From an uncultured Gemmatimonadales bacterium (GTDB taxonomy: Bacteria; Gemmatimonadota; Gemmatimonadetes; Longimicrobiales; RSA9): 64,000 bases of DNA. Each line of letters starts with the position of its first letter. Positions within the stretch are counted from its first letter, which is position 1. The stretch lies in contig CAWCUS010000006.1 in assembly GCA_963798845.1 (NCBI GenBank), positions 736,001-800,000 on the forward strand, in the 5' to 3' direction. Positions 63,019-64,000 of this stretch are shown here, one piece after another. A program made the translations under genes and the position numbers. A model generated the notes under the pieces. It did no database searches and was not told where the DNA came from. It worked only from the letters and a program-made list of their open reading frames with translations.

Positions 63019-63121
63019 CAGGCCGGCACGGCGCCGACCCGCAGGCCCACCCGAAGGCCGGCCCGCCGGCCGACCGCTCCGCGGCGTGGCCGCCCACCTT
63101 CCGGAGACGCCCTCCACCCCT

Positions 63122-64000
63122 TCACGGACTGAAGCGCGGCTCCGTCCAGACCGCCAGGTCCCGAACGTAGACGTCGGTTCCGACGGTGCGTGCGGCCAGG
63201 CGCACCGTCCAGGGACGCGCCGGATCGACCGCCACGTGGACGGGGGCCGTCAGGACCTCGTGATGGTCCACCCACAGCGACGCCTGCCCGTCCGGCTGAA
63301 GCTCGAGGGCCACGTGGAACCAATGCTGCCCCGGCGGCTCGTCGAAGAACGCATCGAGCTCCGGGTTCTCCGGAACGGCGAACGTGACGCTGGTGGCATC
63401 GAACCGGGACGCCACGCGCGAGGGATAGCGGAAACAGACCGCCTGGTCCTCGTCGCTCCACATGCCGGTGGTGCGGTCCACCTCGTCCGGCGGCGCAGCG
63501 ACGAGGCACACGTCGATGTCCTGATAGTCCCGGGCGGTGAGGGGGATGCGCACTTCCAGCTCCAGCGTCAGGCCGTGGTCCGCCGGCACGGCGTGCCGGA
63601 GCACCAGGCCGTCCTGGTATTTCTCATCGCCCAGAAGGTGAAGCACGCGCTGTCCGTCCACGCTGTCGATCTCGGGTCGGGGCCAGCCCACCGGGATCCA
63701 GCGGCTCGTGTCGATGCGTGTGAACGCTTCCGCGACCCTCGCGGCCCGGGGCCGATCCCCGCTCACGCGGATCGCGCGCCTGGCCGAGAGCGACCAGCCC
63801 CAGCGCGCCTCGAGCACGGTGGCCCCCGGGGCGTTCGCCGTGATGCGATCCCCTTCGAGCACGGACGCGACGCTCGCGTCGTCCGTGCTCCACTGCACGG
63901 ACTCCGCCGGGCGACGGCTGCCGTCCGAATAGACGACCGCCGCGGAGAGGCGACGTCGCTCGCCCCACGCCAGCTTCAGCGGCTCGCCGCCCGGATCCAG
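63122..64000 (-). CDS. C-terminal part of a large protein with Ig-like (Big_2) and LamG-like domains, truncated by window edge
   Basis: WSTDDASVASV..ITANAPG (Big_2), WFHVALELQPDG..LWVD (LamG-like); frame open to window end. Confidence 0.65.
   Translation of the reverse strand: MDPGGEPLKLAWGERRRLSAAVVYSDGSRRPAESVQWSTDDASVASVLEGDRITANAPGATVLEARWGWSLSARRAIRVSGDRPRAARVAEAFTRIDTSRWIPVGWPRPEIDSVDGQRVLHLLGDEKYQDGLVLRHAVPADHGLTLELEVRIPLTARDYQDIDVCLVAAPPDEVDRTTGMWSDEDQAVCFRYPSRVASRFDATSVTFAVPENPELDAFFDEPPGQHWFHVALELQPDGQASLWVDHHEVLTAPVHVAVDPARPWTVRLAARTVGTDVYVRDLAVWTEPRFSP

Overview
High-GC bacterial chromosome segment; the gene repertoire (orphan duplicated ABC permeases, SARP-TPR regulator, PorX-like regulator) suggests Gemmatimonadota, which is inference. 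Left arm (1-22.5 kb): csoR, topoisomerase IB, TonB-like protein, thioesterase, a lipoprotein, then an LPS cluster (Kdo kinase, two GT9, PorX-like REC-PglZ, MsbA-like ABC transporter, GT4s, methyltransferase, lipid A acyltransferase, GT2, DUF3108, DHS-like protein) and an M6 protease. Centre: tRNA-Glu(CTC) and tRNA-Val(CAC), followed by a ~13.4 kb integrase-less island bounded by a 17-bp repeat of the tRNA-Val 3' end (22710-22726 / 36075-36091). The island is devoted to K+ homeostasis: an APC permease-2xUSP fusion, truncated KdpD plus KdpE, TrkA/TrkA/TrkH, a second KdpD-like kinase, two receiver proteins and Kup, with no kdpFABC. Its three transporter promoters share an identically spaced four-box direct-repeat array, the most notable signal in the window. 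Island genes are heavily frameshifted as assembled. Right arm: lipoproteins, S41 peptidase, an ADOP permease behind an internally deleted padR, SARP-TPR, a sulfotransferase/AlkP/oxidoreductase/GT surface-glycan locus, another ADOP permease, a GGR-like oxidoreductase, mtgA and hypotheticals. All calls come from reading motifs by eye; no database searches were run.
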